From contig NC_068984.1 in NCBI RefSeq assembly GCF_001194135.2, positions 55,819,571 to 55,883,570 of the forward strand: 64,000 bases of DNA. Direction: 5' to 3'. The stretch is from Octopus bimaculoides. Lineage: Eukaryota. Below are positions 13,163 to 26,323 of the stretch, piece after piece. Position 1 is the stretch's first letter, and each line of letters starts with the position of its first letter. The notes beneath the pieces are model-generated. The model was not told the DNA's origin. It was given only the letters and a program-made list of their open reading frames with translations, and did not search any database. The position numbers were made by a program, and so were the translations under genes.

Positions 13163-15149
13163 CTGCGTTTCAAATGAACTTTTATTTAGATGTTTCTGTA
13201 ATACTTATATATAACTTGCTTCAGATTTTCATAGTGATAAGAATGAAATTATATACGAACGTTTTGTATTTAACCGTCATATAATTAATAAGGTGTATTC
13301 ACAATTTTGACACTAATAATATCTTCGCACTGCAGATATCAATAAGTAGCTTCAGCTAGGTGAATTTCAACTCTTCTGTCATTTCCCTAAACTTTCCAGT
13401 GTTTTTTTATGTATTTCTATGTGCGCGCGTCCATATATATGGGTGTATGTATAACTACTCATCCAGTAGTTCTCCGTGGGATTTCTTAGCTACCAGTTTA
13501 AACTTTGAAATTATATTATGTGCTTCAGTGTTTCCTTCTTTCCTCTTATCTGTCTTTTATCTACAATTTCTCCTCTCTTTTTCACACATAATCTGCTGCA
13601 TCTTTCTTTCTATCCTTTTCTCCCTTTCATCCTCTCTCGTGTGTTTTCATTTTCTGTGCGGAATCTCTTCAAATAGAGCACACAATGTCCTTCTAGCTTC
13701 TTTGGTATAATTTAATTGAATGCTCCTGACTGTTTACTATATTTCTATCTATTATTTACTAACAAAGCCAAAACAAACGCATTTTTTATGATTTCATTTA
13801 CTTCGCTTATGATGAAGAGTTTTCAAAAACACGAAACAGTCTAAGACATCACCACCTGAAACGTTTGTAGCTTTAGCAGGCTCGCAGTTAATACAGTTGG
13901 ATTTGGATTCTAAATAATAGTTTACGAAGATAACTATTGCACTAAACCTAATCTAAAAAACTTAATCGAAGAAAATTTTTTAATCTCACGGAAATATGTT
14001 ATAATTTTCCAAACAAATTCGATATTATAGACCAGAAACTTTATTCGTCTTTTAAACAACGTTCCCAGTTACATGGTACTCATACAAAATGTAACGCTAA
14101 TTCTACTTTCCTGGAAATATTCATTGTCTCTCACAAAAACACGAAACCCCAGACCCAAAAATATTTCCTTCAAGTTATTTTAAATGAGAATTCTCTAAAC
14201 AAGCTTTCCCAAATGTTTTAAATATATTGCCTCCAAAACACTTCCAAATGTACATAACTCATCAGTAAACAAGGAAGCATTTATACAGTCACCGGACTTG
14301 CTAGAATGGAAAGCAGTTTGTAGTCTATGTTTCAAAACCAAAGAATGATTTCGGCCATCTCTAGTTAAAAGGTGTGTTCTATAGTGCCAGACTTGGGGCT
14401 AAGAACAACAGCAACTAAATTATTTTATATCTTTAAATAAGTGTCATTTCTTAAAGGGAAGTCCGTTTGTTTCGATATTTAATGGAGTTTCGCACTACCG
14501 GTAACTAAGCCTGGGTTAAATATTTGGAAATATTGAGTTTACGAATGCCAGAATTCCCGCTCGCTCTTGCTGTTGTGATACACAGGCATACAGGGTGATC
14601 CATTTGGTATCAGTTTAGCAACAGCTTAAGGGACTCCAAAATGCATATACTATAAAGTTTATAACCTTTGCCTCACAAGGCGATGAAACTATTTATCTTT
14701 AGCCGAGCATCCGTAATACGAGACAGAATACCATACTAGGCACTGTGCGTAGGAGTCAGTAGATCCAAGAACTCTTGACAGGCAGAGTCATCACAACCTT
14801 AAGTAGCGACTAAGGTCACTACCAACTACCTCGCAGAATTATAATTCAAAGTGAATAAGAGTGTCATAGAGATAATCTTAATCAAAGGTGTCAATATCGA
14901 CAATTCTTCTTAGCCCTTTGACATTCTTCACACACATTTATTCGCTCCAAATAATTAGCTGTCTCGGTGATTGGCACTAGCTAATTTCTTCTTCAATCGT
15001 ATTTCTAATTAACCATCTGACATATCGTCACATGTGATTACTTCCACAATTCGTATCCTGATTGTTTAATTTTCCAACTAAATTCTAATCCTAAACTCTA
15101 AATAGATCCCAGCATGGAATATTGTTTTCACATCGGATGATACAGTGCG

Positions 15150-15930
15150 TTGCGTTCTTTTTTTTTTGTTTTCTATTTATTCTTTTATTTTTAATCAAAC
15201 ACATCCCAGATACATATTAGAAGAAAATAATCAGCCTAATTGGTCAATTTGTGTTAGTTCTACATCGCCTTCAATCGAAAGTCTTGTTCTTCACATTCAC
15301 GCTCCTCCACGCCAGTGCAGCAGTTTCTTTCTGTTATTTGTATTCGGTCACTCCTTAGCCAGATACGTTTACACGTATACTATCAGACATGTCGAGAAAA
15401 GAGTAACCCTATTTCAGTTCTGACCTTGAAAGACTATTTGAAATCGTCTGGTATTCATTAAATAGAATTCTGTTTAGCTGGGGATGTTTCGAAATGTTGT
15501 TTGAAAGAAAATCTATAAATCGATTAATAATTGGTACATGATCTAGCTAGTATATTTATTCATGTATTGCTGCGTTTCAAAAGAAGCCTTCACTTACATA
15601 CATTTTTGTTCAATCAAAGATATCCCAGATATATTTCAACTAAAAGCAATCAGTGTAATTGAGCAATTTGTATCTCTTCTGCTTTTCCTTTAATAGACTT
15701 CGCTGTTCAACATTTTCCCTCTCCTCTCCACCTTCTTTCCAACTTATGAGTTGCATTTTACATCCAGCATTCAGTTTCGCTCTTTAAATTCCGTCCAACG
15801 AATTCCATTCTTTTACATGCATTTTCTATGGTTAAGTCAGAGGAGACAAGGGATCACCTTTGACCTCTATCCAGAACTGTGCGATTGGTGGGAGAAATTT
15901 CAGTTCTCAGATTGGAAACCTGGCTGAGTT
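15150..15930. repeat. Old degenerate tandem duplication with a period of about 420-480 bp, plus an outlying partial copy at 12840-13200
   Basis: 15192-15310 aligns nearly without gaps to 15612-15730 (AATCAAA.A.ATCCCAGATA...AATCAG..TAATT..CAATTTGT). 15415-15550 aligns to 12870-13000. ATTTCAGTTCT recurs at about 15411 and 15896. Confidence 0.75.
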
Positions 15931-15939
15931 CATTTAAGA

Positions 15940-16620
15940 GACACACGAATAAGACGATTAACAGGGCAGCAGATACAGTTTGCCACCCATATCATTATTC
16001 CATGTGCGTATTAATCTCCCTAATCCTCCTCACCTTCAACTTTCTCGTCGACGAATGTAACTGTCGGTGATGGTTAATATACTTCTTTCGCAGGAAATGG
16101 TAGTAATATAGCATTTTCCAAATATTCGATTTCTACATGTTACAAAATATTTTTATACAATTTTTCAAACGGTTTAACAAAACTTCTATGATTTTGTCAC
16201 TTTTATCCATCAAGATTTTATGATACATGTTTTCATCCGCTGGTTGAAAGTGAAGCCTTTCATTTAGCCGTTTCTGTCTCACATCCACTTTGCTTGCATT
16301 TGTTTACGTTATTCCATGCTTCAATTAGTCACTCCTGCTTCAAAACAAATTTAAGATTTTAAGACTGTTGAATTAATATTATGTGATATTTAAAGTTTGT
16401 TCTTTTCTTTCGTAGCGTAAGAATGTCCTTGGAATTTTATCGTTTCAGAATGTTTCAGAAGAGATTCATAGACTTCATTTCAATGGCTCTCGGGAAACGT
16501 TAGGCTGTTGTACAAGCACCCATCTCTAAGTACATTGCTTCTTATTGCAGACATAGCTGTAACCTAATGAAGTTGATTACATACTTCTTGTTATCTTGTC
16601 ATCCGTTAATTAATATTACA
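15940..16620 (-). mobile_element. Highly degenerate RTE-clade LINE 3' fragment
   Basis: Minus-strand remnants GCETET, IKS*WIKVT and EKVEG resemble the RTE C-terminal motifs YGCETW, ISWxxKVTN and GKIEGKR. Confidence 0.5.
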
Positions 16621-16847
16621 TTCTGTACTTGTCTATTTGGCTAACAATTTACTCTAAAGTGTATGTGTATATGTATATTCAGTTCTAACAACTGGTTATT
16701 AGTGTCTCTAATAAACACAAATATATATGTATATGCATGTATGTATGCATGTATGTGTATATGTGTGCCAAATGTATGTATGTATGTGTGTGCGTATGTA
16801 TGGATATGTTTATACATACACACATGTGTATAGTATGCAAATAAGTG

Positions 16848-16937
<90 letters not shown>

Positions 16938-16959
16938 CATACATACACTCGCCGAAAAA

Positions 16960-17122
16960 TCGCCGAAATTTCATCGAAAATGTATCATGTTTATAACAAT
17001 TGAAGATTAACCGTTATGCTTAAAATTATGAAATTTTATAATTGCTATTAAAGCACACACGCACAGACACACTATAAATATATATAAACACATATATACA
17101 CATACAAACACATATACAAGTA

Positions 17123-17157
<35 letters not shown>

Positions 17158-17470
17158 TGTCTGTCTTGGAAAAGGGAAAGTACTGGATAATTGGCCAGTG
17201 CAGTGAATGTGTGTGCGTGCATGTGTGCGTGTGTGCGTGTGCGTGTGCGTGTGTGTGCGTGTGTGTGCATGTGTGTTTGTTTATATTTATGTACGTATGT
17301 AACTATGTATAACGAGTTTTGGCTGGTTTGAAATGGCGAAAGTAAAGCGCTTATCCTAACTGCTTTGTGGTATGTGCTTTAATAGCAATTATAAAATTTC
17401 ATAATTTTAAGCATAACGGTTAATCTTCAATTGCTATAAACATGATACATTTTCGATGAAATTTCGGCGA
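16960..17470. repeat. 98-bp near-perfect inverted repeat (16960-17057 and 17373-17470) around a microsatellite-rich spacer
   Basis: The arms are reverse complements with one mismatch by eye. Confidence 0.9.
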
Positions 17471-17887
17471 GTTTTCTCTGAGAATTCTTAAAGTATTTCT
17501 TAATATGACCTCAGTGTCAAACATCCCGCGTTTAGAATATGATAACTTCCTGCCTAAATACCTAATCTACGAAGAATCAGTAGAACTCTAAAGTATTAAG
17601 ATGAAATCTAGCCTTCTCTATCGTACGCTTTGATAAACACATTACCTTTTCATCAGAGAGTACCTTATCTCTCTCTCTCTTTCTCTCCCTCTCTTTTTCC
17701 TACTCTCTCAAAATTCCAACAGTTTCCTTTCATAATTATTGGTTTAACTTCGACTAGATTCAAAAGCAGTATATTTTTAAAAGGAAACGGATTAGGAAGC
17801 TGCTAAGTTCCTTTCTCAAAACCTCTAGTGTATTAAATGAAACTCATTGAACCTTGAACGGGAAAACGTGGTAGATCAGGTAGGCTC

Positions 17888-18201
17888 GCTAGGAGTAATT
17901 AGCAAGATCACATCTGCTCATATTTATAACAATGGGAAGTTATATTCTAATATTGATAATACGAATGACTAGATTTACAATTTATGTTTATTTGTAATAC
18001 ATTTCACTTCTGATCGCTATCTAGGCAAAGAACATTAAGTAGCATTACTTTAACGATATTATGTTTAGTCATTGCATAGAGAGCTCAAAAATGACAAACA
18101 GTAGCGCCGTTGATGACAGGTTTCAACGACGCTTATTGCATTTCCGTCTGCGTGAGTGACAAGGGAGCTTCTGCGTAACTCAGTGCAGAACAACTGTAAT
18201 C

Positions 18202-18261
<60 letters not shown>

Positions 18262-19088
18262 CGTTTGTGTGTGTATGCATTTATGTGCTTATGTGTATCT
18301 ATGTGTATGTACCTTTATGTTTTTATCTACCCCCCCCCCACACACTTATCACGTGATAACCGGAGAACTTAGCAGTTCCGCGAACTAACCTACAGCGTAA
18401 GTGCCAGACTCAAGAAGAACAAGAAATACTGGAGTTGATTTATTCGACTAAAACCCTTTACATGGTGCCCTATCTTGGCCGCAGTCCAATGACTGACTCA
18501 GTCAGGTGTATATGATATACAAACATATTCTTACAACTGGAATTAATTTACACTTTAAAATATTCTACAATATGTTGGCGGACACCGTAAAGAAAAAGGT
18601 AAGCTCCAGCTGTATCGATTACATAACGCAGGGTTTCATACCAGCTTTAAATCATATGATGTTATTTCGGCATCTTTAGATCCTAATTAAAATGAATCCT
18701 ACAGCTTATATATTTTATATGAATGTAATTCACAAGAAGGCCGAATATAACACGAAAGAAAGATACAAGTTTACTAGGGAAAATTTCCAACAGAAATATT
18801 CAATAACTAATAAAGAAAATTATAATGCTTCCTTTTAGGTATTTCATGCTAATTATTGCTTAACAGACTATTAATAATATTATCATTAATAATTTCAGCG
18901 TTATTCTGTCTTCCTATATTTGATGATGAGCTGGGAGTAATTAGCAAGATTACATCCGTTCATATTGATAACAATGAGAAACGATAATCTAATGTTGATA
19001 ATGCCAATGATTAGAGTATTTACAATTAATGACTATTTTATAATTAGATTGGCAATACATTTGATTGCTGATGACTAGATAGGCACAG
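17888..19088 (+). repeat. Dispersed diverged direct repeat (about 17888-18030 and 18930-19088)
   Basis: Both copies begin GCT(A/G)GGAGTAATTAGCAAGAT(C/T)ACATC and stay similar for about 150 bp. Confidence 0.75.
18330..18510 (+). mobile_element. SINE type A 3' half
   Basis: ACTTAGCAGTTCCGC...TGGCCGCAGTCCAATGACTGA tail. Confidence 0.75.
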
Positions 19089-19472
19089 GCCGTTGAGTAG
19101 CCTCATTTCAGAATTTATTGAGATATGCATTTCCCTATGGCGTTAGGAGATAAATAGTGATGAACAATAACATGGCTGATGGCAGATTTCTTATAGTCTG
19201 TTGTTAGCTAACTGCACTTTTGACGGAGTAACAAGGAATTGCAGGACAAATATTATGTGGAACCTCGTTTGAAAATCACTACTTTTTCAGCATTCGTGCA
19301 GGCACTTATATTCTTTGGTGATACATACATACATGCATACTTACATACATACACACACGCACGCACACACTCACACACACACACATACATATATACATAT
19401 ACATANNNNNNNNNNNNNNNNNNNNNNNNNNNNNNNNNNNNNNNNNNNNNNNNNNNNNNNNNNNNNNNNNNN

Positions 19473-19514
<42 letters not shown>

Positions 19515-19559
19515 GTATATTATATATGTGTGTATGGGGTGTATACACACACACACATA

Positions 19560-20195
19560 CAGGGTGTTCAGAATAAATTTGACGATCTTTTGTGTCTCCT
19601 TTTTTTTTTCAGGAACAGTTTGATGTATCACTGAACTTTCAACGGCACTGGAGAGCAGAAAGATTAAAGTTGTAGTTGAGAAAAAGTTAGTTAACATGGA
19701 GGACTGGAAGCCATCTGAATACTGGAAAAGAGTTACCTGTATCATGATGACTCGCGCCGGGTATCAAAATGCCGACATTATGACTGCAGCTCAATGTCCT
19801 GTGAATACTGTAAAAGCTATAAAACGTGACGTGGGCACCTGCAACAGAAACTGCGAAGCCGTGTCCAACAGGAAGAGATACTGTAGGCGTTCTGACTGCG
19901 TCCGCGCGATGGATTACTTCTCGACATCTTCGAACAGAGCATTAAACTCAATCCAGACGGCTGTGTGAAGCTGCTAGAGACTGCAGTCAATCCCTGGCTG
20001 GAGACGTTTGCTGGTCAACAGCCATATATATGACAGCAGGCTTTGGCTTCTTGCCTTCCCTCCGAAAGATTGTTCAAGAATTTCTACGACTTCACCAGCT
20101 CTAATTTCTGGCCTCCTAATTCACCCGATAGTAATCCCGTGGATTAATATGCATGGGGCGCAGTTGGCAACGACACCAACCGCTCTGAGTAGTTG
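19560..20195 (+). mobile_element. Second maT-like (DD37D-type) lineage, internally deleted with the right end missing
   Basis: TA then CAGGGTGTTCAGAATAAATTTG terminal repeat. N-terminal ORF MEDWKPSEYWKRVTCI...; downstream frameshifted KNFYDFTSSNFWPPNSPDSNPVD (WPPNSPDxNPxD signature). Confidence 0.8.
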
Positions 20196-20298
20196 ATGAA
20201 GTATACACACATGCAGATGAACACAGACGTGTGCGCGCAGATAAACACACAACCATTAGATTTATATATATGTATGCATGTATGTATGTGTGTATGTA

Positions 20299-20850
20299 AG
20301 TATATTAAGTATATGATTTTAAGTGATGTAACGAAATACGACAAATTCAGTCATATTCTTTTTTTTGTAAATGGAGGAGATTAGATGTTAATATGGAGTA
20401 AAATATATCTTATTCATTTCGCTATACGATCGTTTCGTACAGAAAGACAATAAATTCATTTTAAGAATAAGAAACTAAAGAAAAAAGGGGACTTTAGAGT
20501 TACATAGGTATGGTATTCTTATTAATTCTTGTAATGTGTAATTGTTCTTCGGTGTGTGTTAAACAGACATGATTCCAAGAACAATTACACATTACAAAAA
20601 TTATTAAGAACACCATACCCATGTAACTCTAAGGTCTCTCATTTTCTCTTATTGTACTACCGGTGAGTGCTCTTTGACAACTCAGATTATTAAAATGAAT
20701 TTATTGTCTTTCTGTACGAAACGATCGAATAGCGAAATTAATAAAAAAATATTTTATTCCATATTAACATCTAATCTCCTCCATTTTCGAAAATTATGAT
20801 TGAATTTGTCGAACTTCGTTCTATAATTTAAATCATATACTTAATATACT
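20299..20850. mobile_element. 552-bp fold-back (long-TIR, MITE-like) element
   Basis: Arms 20299-20549 and 20577-20850 are reverse complements with substitutions and indels around a 27-nt loop. TA lies at both outer ends. Confidence 0.8.
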
Positions 20851-20963
20851 TATATAACCTTTCATATCTACGCCAATATTCAAAGTAAAGTATGAAAAAA
20901 TCAACGTTAGAAATCTTTTGGAAACTACTCCAAGTAAAAGACGAATCCACATTCAACCCTTTT

Positions 20964-21013
<50 letters not shown>

Positions 21014-22149
21014 CGTATGTATATATGTGCGTGTGTGTGTGTGTGTATACACCTATACATATATGGGTGTATGTGCATATGTATGTATGTATGCGTACGC
21101 TTACACTTATATGTATGTATATGTGTCTACATATATATATAAATATATATATATTCGTTTCTGATGTAGACATGCCATCTGTGTTTGATATATAGTGTAT
21201 CTAGGCACTGCATTGTCTAAAATATGCTTCGTATTTTAAATCGATTGAGTATGATTTGATGAAGATTTGCTTGTTACTTCTAGCAGGGTGACTGATTATG
21301 TAGAGGCTCCTTTATTGGCTAATTTAATTTGATAGAATAGGTTGGCATATTCTTTTGAATTATATATTATATATTTCTACTGATGAAAGGAATCGAGAAG
21401 TACAAAATTAAACACCATAAGGTATTTAGTTGGCCATCCCTTTCTATAGAAATGTATTTCATAACGCAACCATATCATAAAAAAAATTCATAAATTGCAG
21501 CGCATATTGCAATAGCAATAATCACTATAAATTATACCTCTGTTTCCTACAAGCAACGTTATAATTTATACTTACCAATACAATATGCTGGTTAAATTTA
21601 TGAATCTGGTATATTTTCTCATCGCCCTCTCTTTCACTCTCTCTGCCTCTCTCTCTCCCTTCTATCTTTCTCTCTTCCTCTCTCCCCACATCCCTCTCCC
21701 TGCCCCATCCTTCTCTCTCTTCCCCTCTTCATCTCTCCCGCCCTCTCTCTCTCTCTCTTTGTCTTTGAATATGCTAACTACATTATTCTTGCAGAGTATT
21801 ATTTCAAAGTGTAATACATACGCACCCACACATACATGTTCAGATACGTGTGCATAAAGTGGTGCGCATGTGTGCATATAAATTTGGATATATATATATA
21901 TATGCATGTTGGTATANNNNNNNNNNNNNNNNNNNNNNNNNNNNNNNNNNNNNNNNNNNNNNNNNNNNNNNNNNNNNNNNNNNNNNNNNNNNNNNNNNNN
22001 NNNNNNNATATATATATATACATATATGCATGTTGGTATATGTATGCATAATATTTGTATATACATACACACACATGCCTACATAGAAATGTGTGTATGT
22101 ATGAGTCAATGGGAACCCACTTTCATCTCCCTATAGTATATAAATGTGC

Positions 22150-22720
22150 TGAGGTATGTATCGTGGCGGGCATCGTTGGAGAGGACGGAAAGTGGTAAGG
22201 GAAAGAATTAATGAAGTCGGCAGCACATCAGAGCAGATACAATGCGAGTCAAAGAGAAGTCCATCACCAAATACCACGATGTTGTGATCTGGCAAGAAGA
22301 TACTACTGCAAGAGACGAAAGACAGATGGAATCTGATAAGTGGTCAGTTTAGTCAACTTTGCCGATGTCAAGAGAAACAACACTGATTTCATTAAATTTT
22401 TCAAAAGAACCCACTGGTGAATGACATAGAAAGTTGATTCCCAGATCTGGCTTTTCGAAAGCTATGCTAATAGTCATTAGGAGGAAGAGAGGTTCAATGT
22501 GTTGGATAAAGTTTCTTTTGATGGCTGTCAGTATCCACCAATGTAGTGATATTCAAACTGAGTGCAATACTAAGTTACATAACAAGATCAGAGAGGGTTA
22601 CTCTTCTTATGAACAGGATACGCGATAGAGTGTTTCCAGAGATCGGGATGTGCCTCTGTAGGGAGACAGAGGATGAAAAGTTTGTTGAGCATATGAACCA
22701 GCTCTTAGTTGCATTGTTTG
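22150..22720 (-). mobile_element. Jockey/CR1-like LINE RT remnant
   Basis: Minus-strand frameshifted motifs DLWKHSIAYPVHKK, HSFRKARS and NEISVVSLDIGKVD match the WKxAxVxPIxKK, GFRxxRS and LDxxKAFD RT motifs. Confidence 0.75.
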
Positions 22721-24297
22721 AGTGTAATAGGAAGAACAGTTTTGTGACCTGTACCCTTATTGATTTAAAAGGACCAGAGTTACTGTCGCACGTTTATGTG
22801 TGTGAGTGTCGTGTGCATATTGGTGAACAGGGCAGAGTGAAAAGAGAACATTTTTCACGATAATTATATAAAGAGTGCAGTGAGGGATGCAAACAAGCAG
22901 TAAATGTATAGGTTCTCTCTGATTGTGCAAACTTATAATCAAACATGCTCCAACCGTAATCATTCCGTATTTTTGTATTGCTAGGACTACATTGTCCAAA
23001 TTGTATTTTTTTTATGATGATATGGTGCAATGGAGGGAATTTGGTCACGATTCATTCCAGCTATTTGAATTCCCTTGCTATATCAAAGAAACTATGATTT
23101 CAACATGACACAAGAAAGTATAGAGTATCATGTTATAAGCCTATGTAAGTGTGGTGTGAATAGCAGATAAAGCACCAATATAGAATCCGCTTATTAACCC
23201 GCTAAACTAACGATTAAAAATTTGGATAACTTTAACATGTTGAGAGAGAAATATATTGTGCTGATAATGTTCTTACAATAACAACTCAACGCTCAAACGT
23301 AACGACTTAGTGAATCTAAGCGAAACCCAGAGTAATGTTTCACCTTCAAACATGATGGAGAATAGTTAATGCTTCCATGTTTATATTTTAAGAAAGCCAA
23401 CTGTGTATTTACTTTTTAACCAAAGGAAAAACATTTAGGAACGGTTATTTTAAATTGCGACACTATATGAACATATGAATCACATGAAAGTGCTTAATGG
23501 TAATAAAACTTCAGTCTGTCTGCAGTAATAAGGGGATGAGATAAAAAAAAGACAGTCATTGTCTGGTTACCAAATTAGTCTATCCCAGGAAACTAATGTG
23601 GTCTATCCCTAATAAAACATTATCTGCTAACGACTAGCAACGAATGACATAAAATAAATGAGCTAAATCTTTACAACTAACTTAGCTGCATGGCATTTAT
23701 CTACTACGCTCAGAGACACAATTTTATGTAACAATTATGAATTCAGTCATGAAATGATAATCAAGTAGTATATTAATTTTGTGAATATACGTTATTCAGG
23801 TAACGTTATTCAGTTGCTTCAAAATATTATCACGACATTATACAAAATTTAATTAATGTTGAACTTCATAAAATTCTATAAAGGTCTATCGGATATTCAC
23901 CGACTTTCTTTCAAACGTTATGTGGCTATTTAGATCTCTAGCAGCTCAGTTTGTTTCGAAAGATAATTAATATCCTTTCTAAATCTAAGACAAGATTTCA
24001 GAAAATGCAATTCAACATTCAAAGCAAGTTGCAAAAGCATTTACGTACACTCTCAATTAGTCAGTTATATACATACACATATACATAGAATAGTGCGAAT
24101 ATTATGTATGTGTATATTTAACGTAATCACATATACTGAACTCATCTGTATATGTATACAAGTATATATGAGTGTGTGTGCGTATACTTATAGGTAATAT
24201 ATACACGTATATGGTTATATTGAGAGACATATATATGTACGTATACATTTATACATATGTGTACATATATATATATATGTCACGTACACAGACACAT

Positions 24298-24336
<39 letters not shown>

Positions 24337-24984
24337 NNNNNNNNNNNNNNNNNNNNNNNNNNNNNNNNNNNNNNNNNNNNNNNNNTATATATACATGTAT
24401 ACATATATATATATATATATGTAAGTGTGTATGTAGTAATACATTCGATACTTTAAAATCCATTATCTGCTATATAATAACATGATACGAATTTGTTATT
24501 TTAGTTCTTTGTTTCGTTTCTTTCAATAATATCAAACATTACTTTTGATGTATGTCTGACAAAAGACTAACTTATTTACTATATACAGCTCAGTAAATTA
24601 CTGTCTGGCTTAACAGTGTATCATATACCAAAAATAATCTCTTGCTAAAATTCAAAGTATCATGGAAATTTCGTTTCACTAAATCTCATGCTGAGTGATT
24701 GTGTCTTGCCGTATCTCGAGTACACAAACACATATACAAGTATACACATTCTTCTGTCATATATGTGAATATAATATGCAATGTAAGTTAGAAATGCATT
24801 ACAATGCAAAATTTGAGAATATTCACAAAGAGATTGTTTCCAGACTATTTAAATAGATTTGAAAAAACCATATACCTATTAATTTATACTTTTGATATGA
24901 TCACAAACATTTTACTCGAAATCTGCAAACTGCAAAATTCAGTGTTATATAAATAAACTATATCTTAAATAAATTGTATCATAG

Positions 24985-25272
<288 letters not shown>

Positions 25273-25345
25273 TCAAGGTGCATATGGTACTTAAGTTTAG
25301 GCACCAGAATTAAGTATGGTATTATCCATACAATTCCAAACTAAG

Positions 25346-25846
25346 NNNNNNNNNNNNNNNNNNNNNNNNNNNNNNNNNNNNNNNNNNNNNNNNNNNNNNN
25401 NNNNNNNNNNNNNNNNNNNNNNNNNNNNNNNNNNNNNNNNNNNNNNNNNNNNNNNNNNNNNNNNNNNNNNNNNNNNNNNNNNNNNNNNNNNNNNNNNNNN
25501 NNNNNNNNNNNNNNNNNNNNNNNNNNNNNNNNNNNNNNNNNNNNNNNNNNNNNNNNNNNNNNNNNNNNNNNNNNNNNNNNNNNNNNNNNNNNNNNNNNNN
25601 NNNNNNNNNNNNNNNNNNNNNNNNNNNNNNNNNNNNNNNNNNNNNNNNNNNNNNNNNNNNNNNNNNNNNNNNNNNNNNNNNNNNNNNNNNNNNNNNNNNN
25701 NNNNNNNNNNNNNNNNNNNNNNNNNNNNNNNNNNNNNNNNNNNNNNNNNNNNNNNNNNNNNNNNNNNNNNNNNNNNNNNNNNNNNNNNNNNNNNNNNNNN
25801 NNNNNNNNNNNNNNNNNNNNNNNNNNNNNNNNNNNNNNNNNNNNNN
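25346..25846. other. Assembly gap (N-run)
   Basis: 501 N characters. Confidence 1.
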
Positions 25847-25862
25847 ATATATATATAATATA

Positions 25863-26320
25863 CACTGTGTCCCTGGGTTTCAATTTTTAATAACTTCCTT
25901 AACTTTACAACCAAATGCATAAAAATTTGATACAATATAAAGAACATAATGGAAATTAATATACATAAGTTAAATTTTGCAACTTTACTACATCGCATAT
26001 GAAAAATGACATCGCTTATATGGCAGCCATTTTCGGATTCGCACGCCCGTGTGCTTTCCACTTCTCTGATTTCTCTATTGATATTCCCCTTCAGTTGCAC
26101 CAGAGTCTCCAGTTTGTTGCCAGTTTGTTGATGTAAACTCACTTTTAGGTATCCCCCTCAAGAAAAATCTGGGCTAGTCAACTCTGTGGAACGTGAAGGT
26201 CAGTTGACATTGCCGTAGCGGGAGATTATTCTCTATCCAAAACACTGCCGTAGCAACTGCATTGTTTCTCTTGCGGTATAAGCAGTTACCCCATTTTGCC
26301 GGAACCATGTGTGAGGTCTA
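25863..26320 (-). mobile_element. DD41D (rosa/visitor-like) IS630-Tc1-mariner 3' fragment
   Basis: Minus translation WFRQ(N)GVTAYTARETMQLLRQCFG*RIISRYGNVN*PSRSTELTSPD has 41 residues between the second-Asp position and the third Asp. It ends in a terminal repeat followed by TA. Confidence 0.8.
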
Positions 26321-26323
26321 CTT

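Noticed and set aside
13500-13710. Purine-rich minus strand that looks coiled-coil-like (also 50960-51660)
   Set aside because: Stops occur in all frames and no family motif is recognisable; this is low-complexity sequence.
21890-22040. Direct repeat ATATATGCATGTTGGTATA on both sides of a gap
   Set aside because: This is the typical unmerged contig-end overlap across a scaffold gap.
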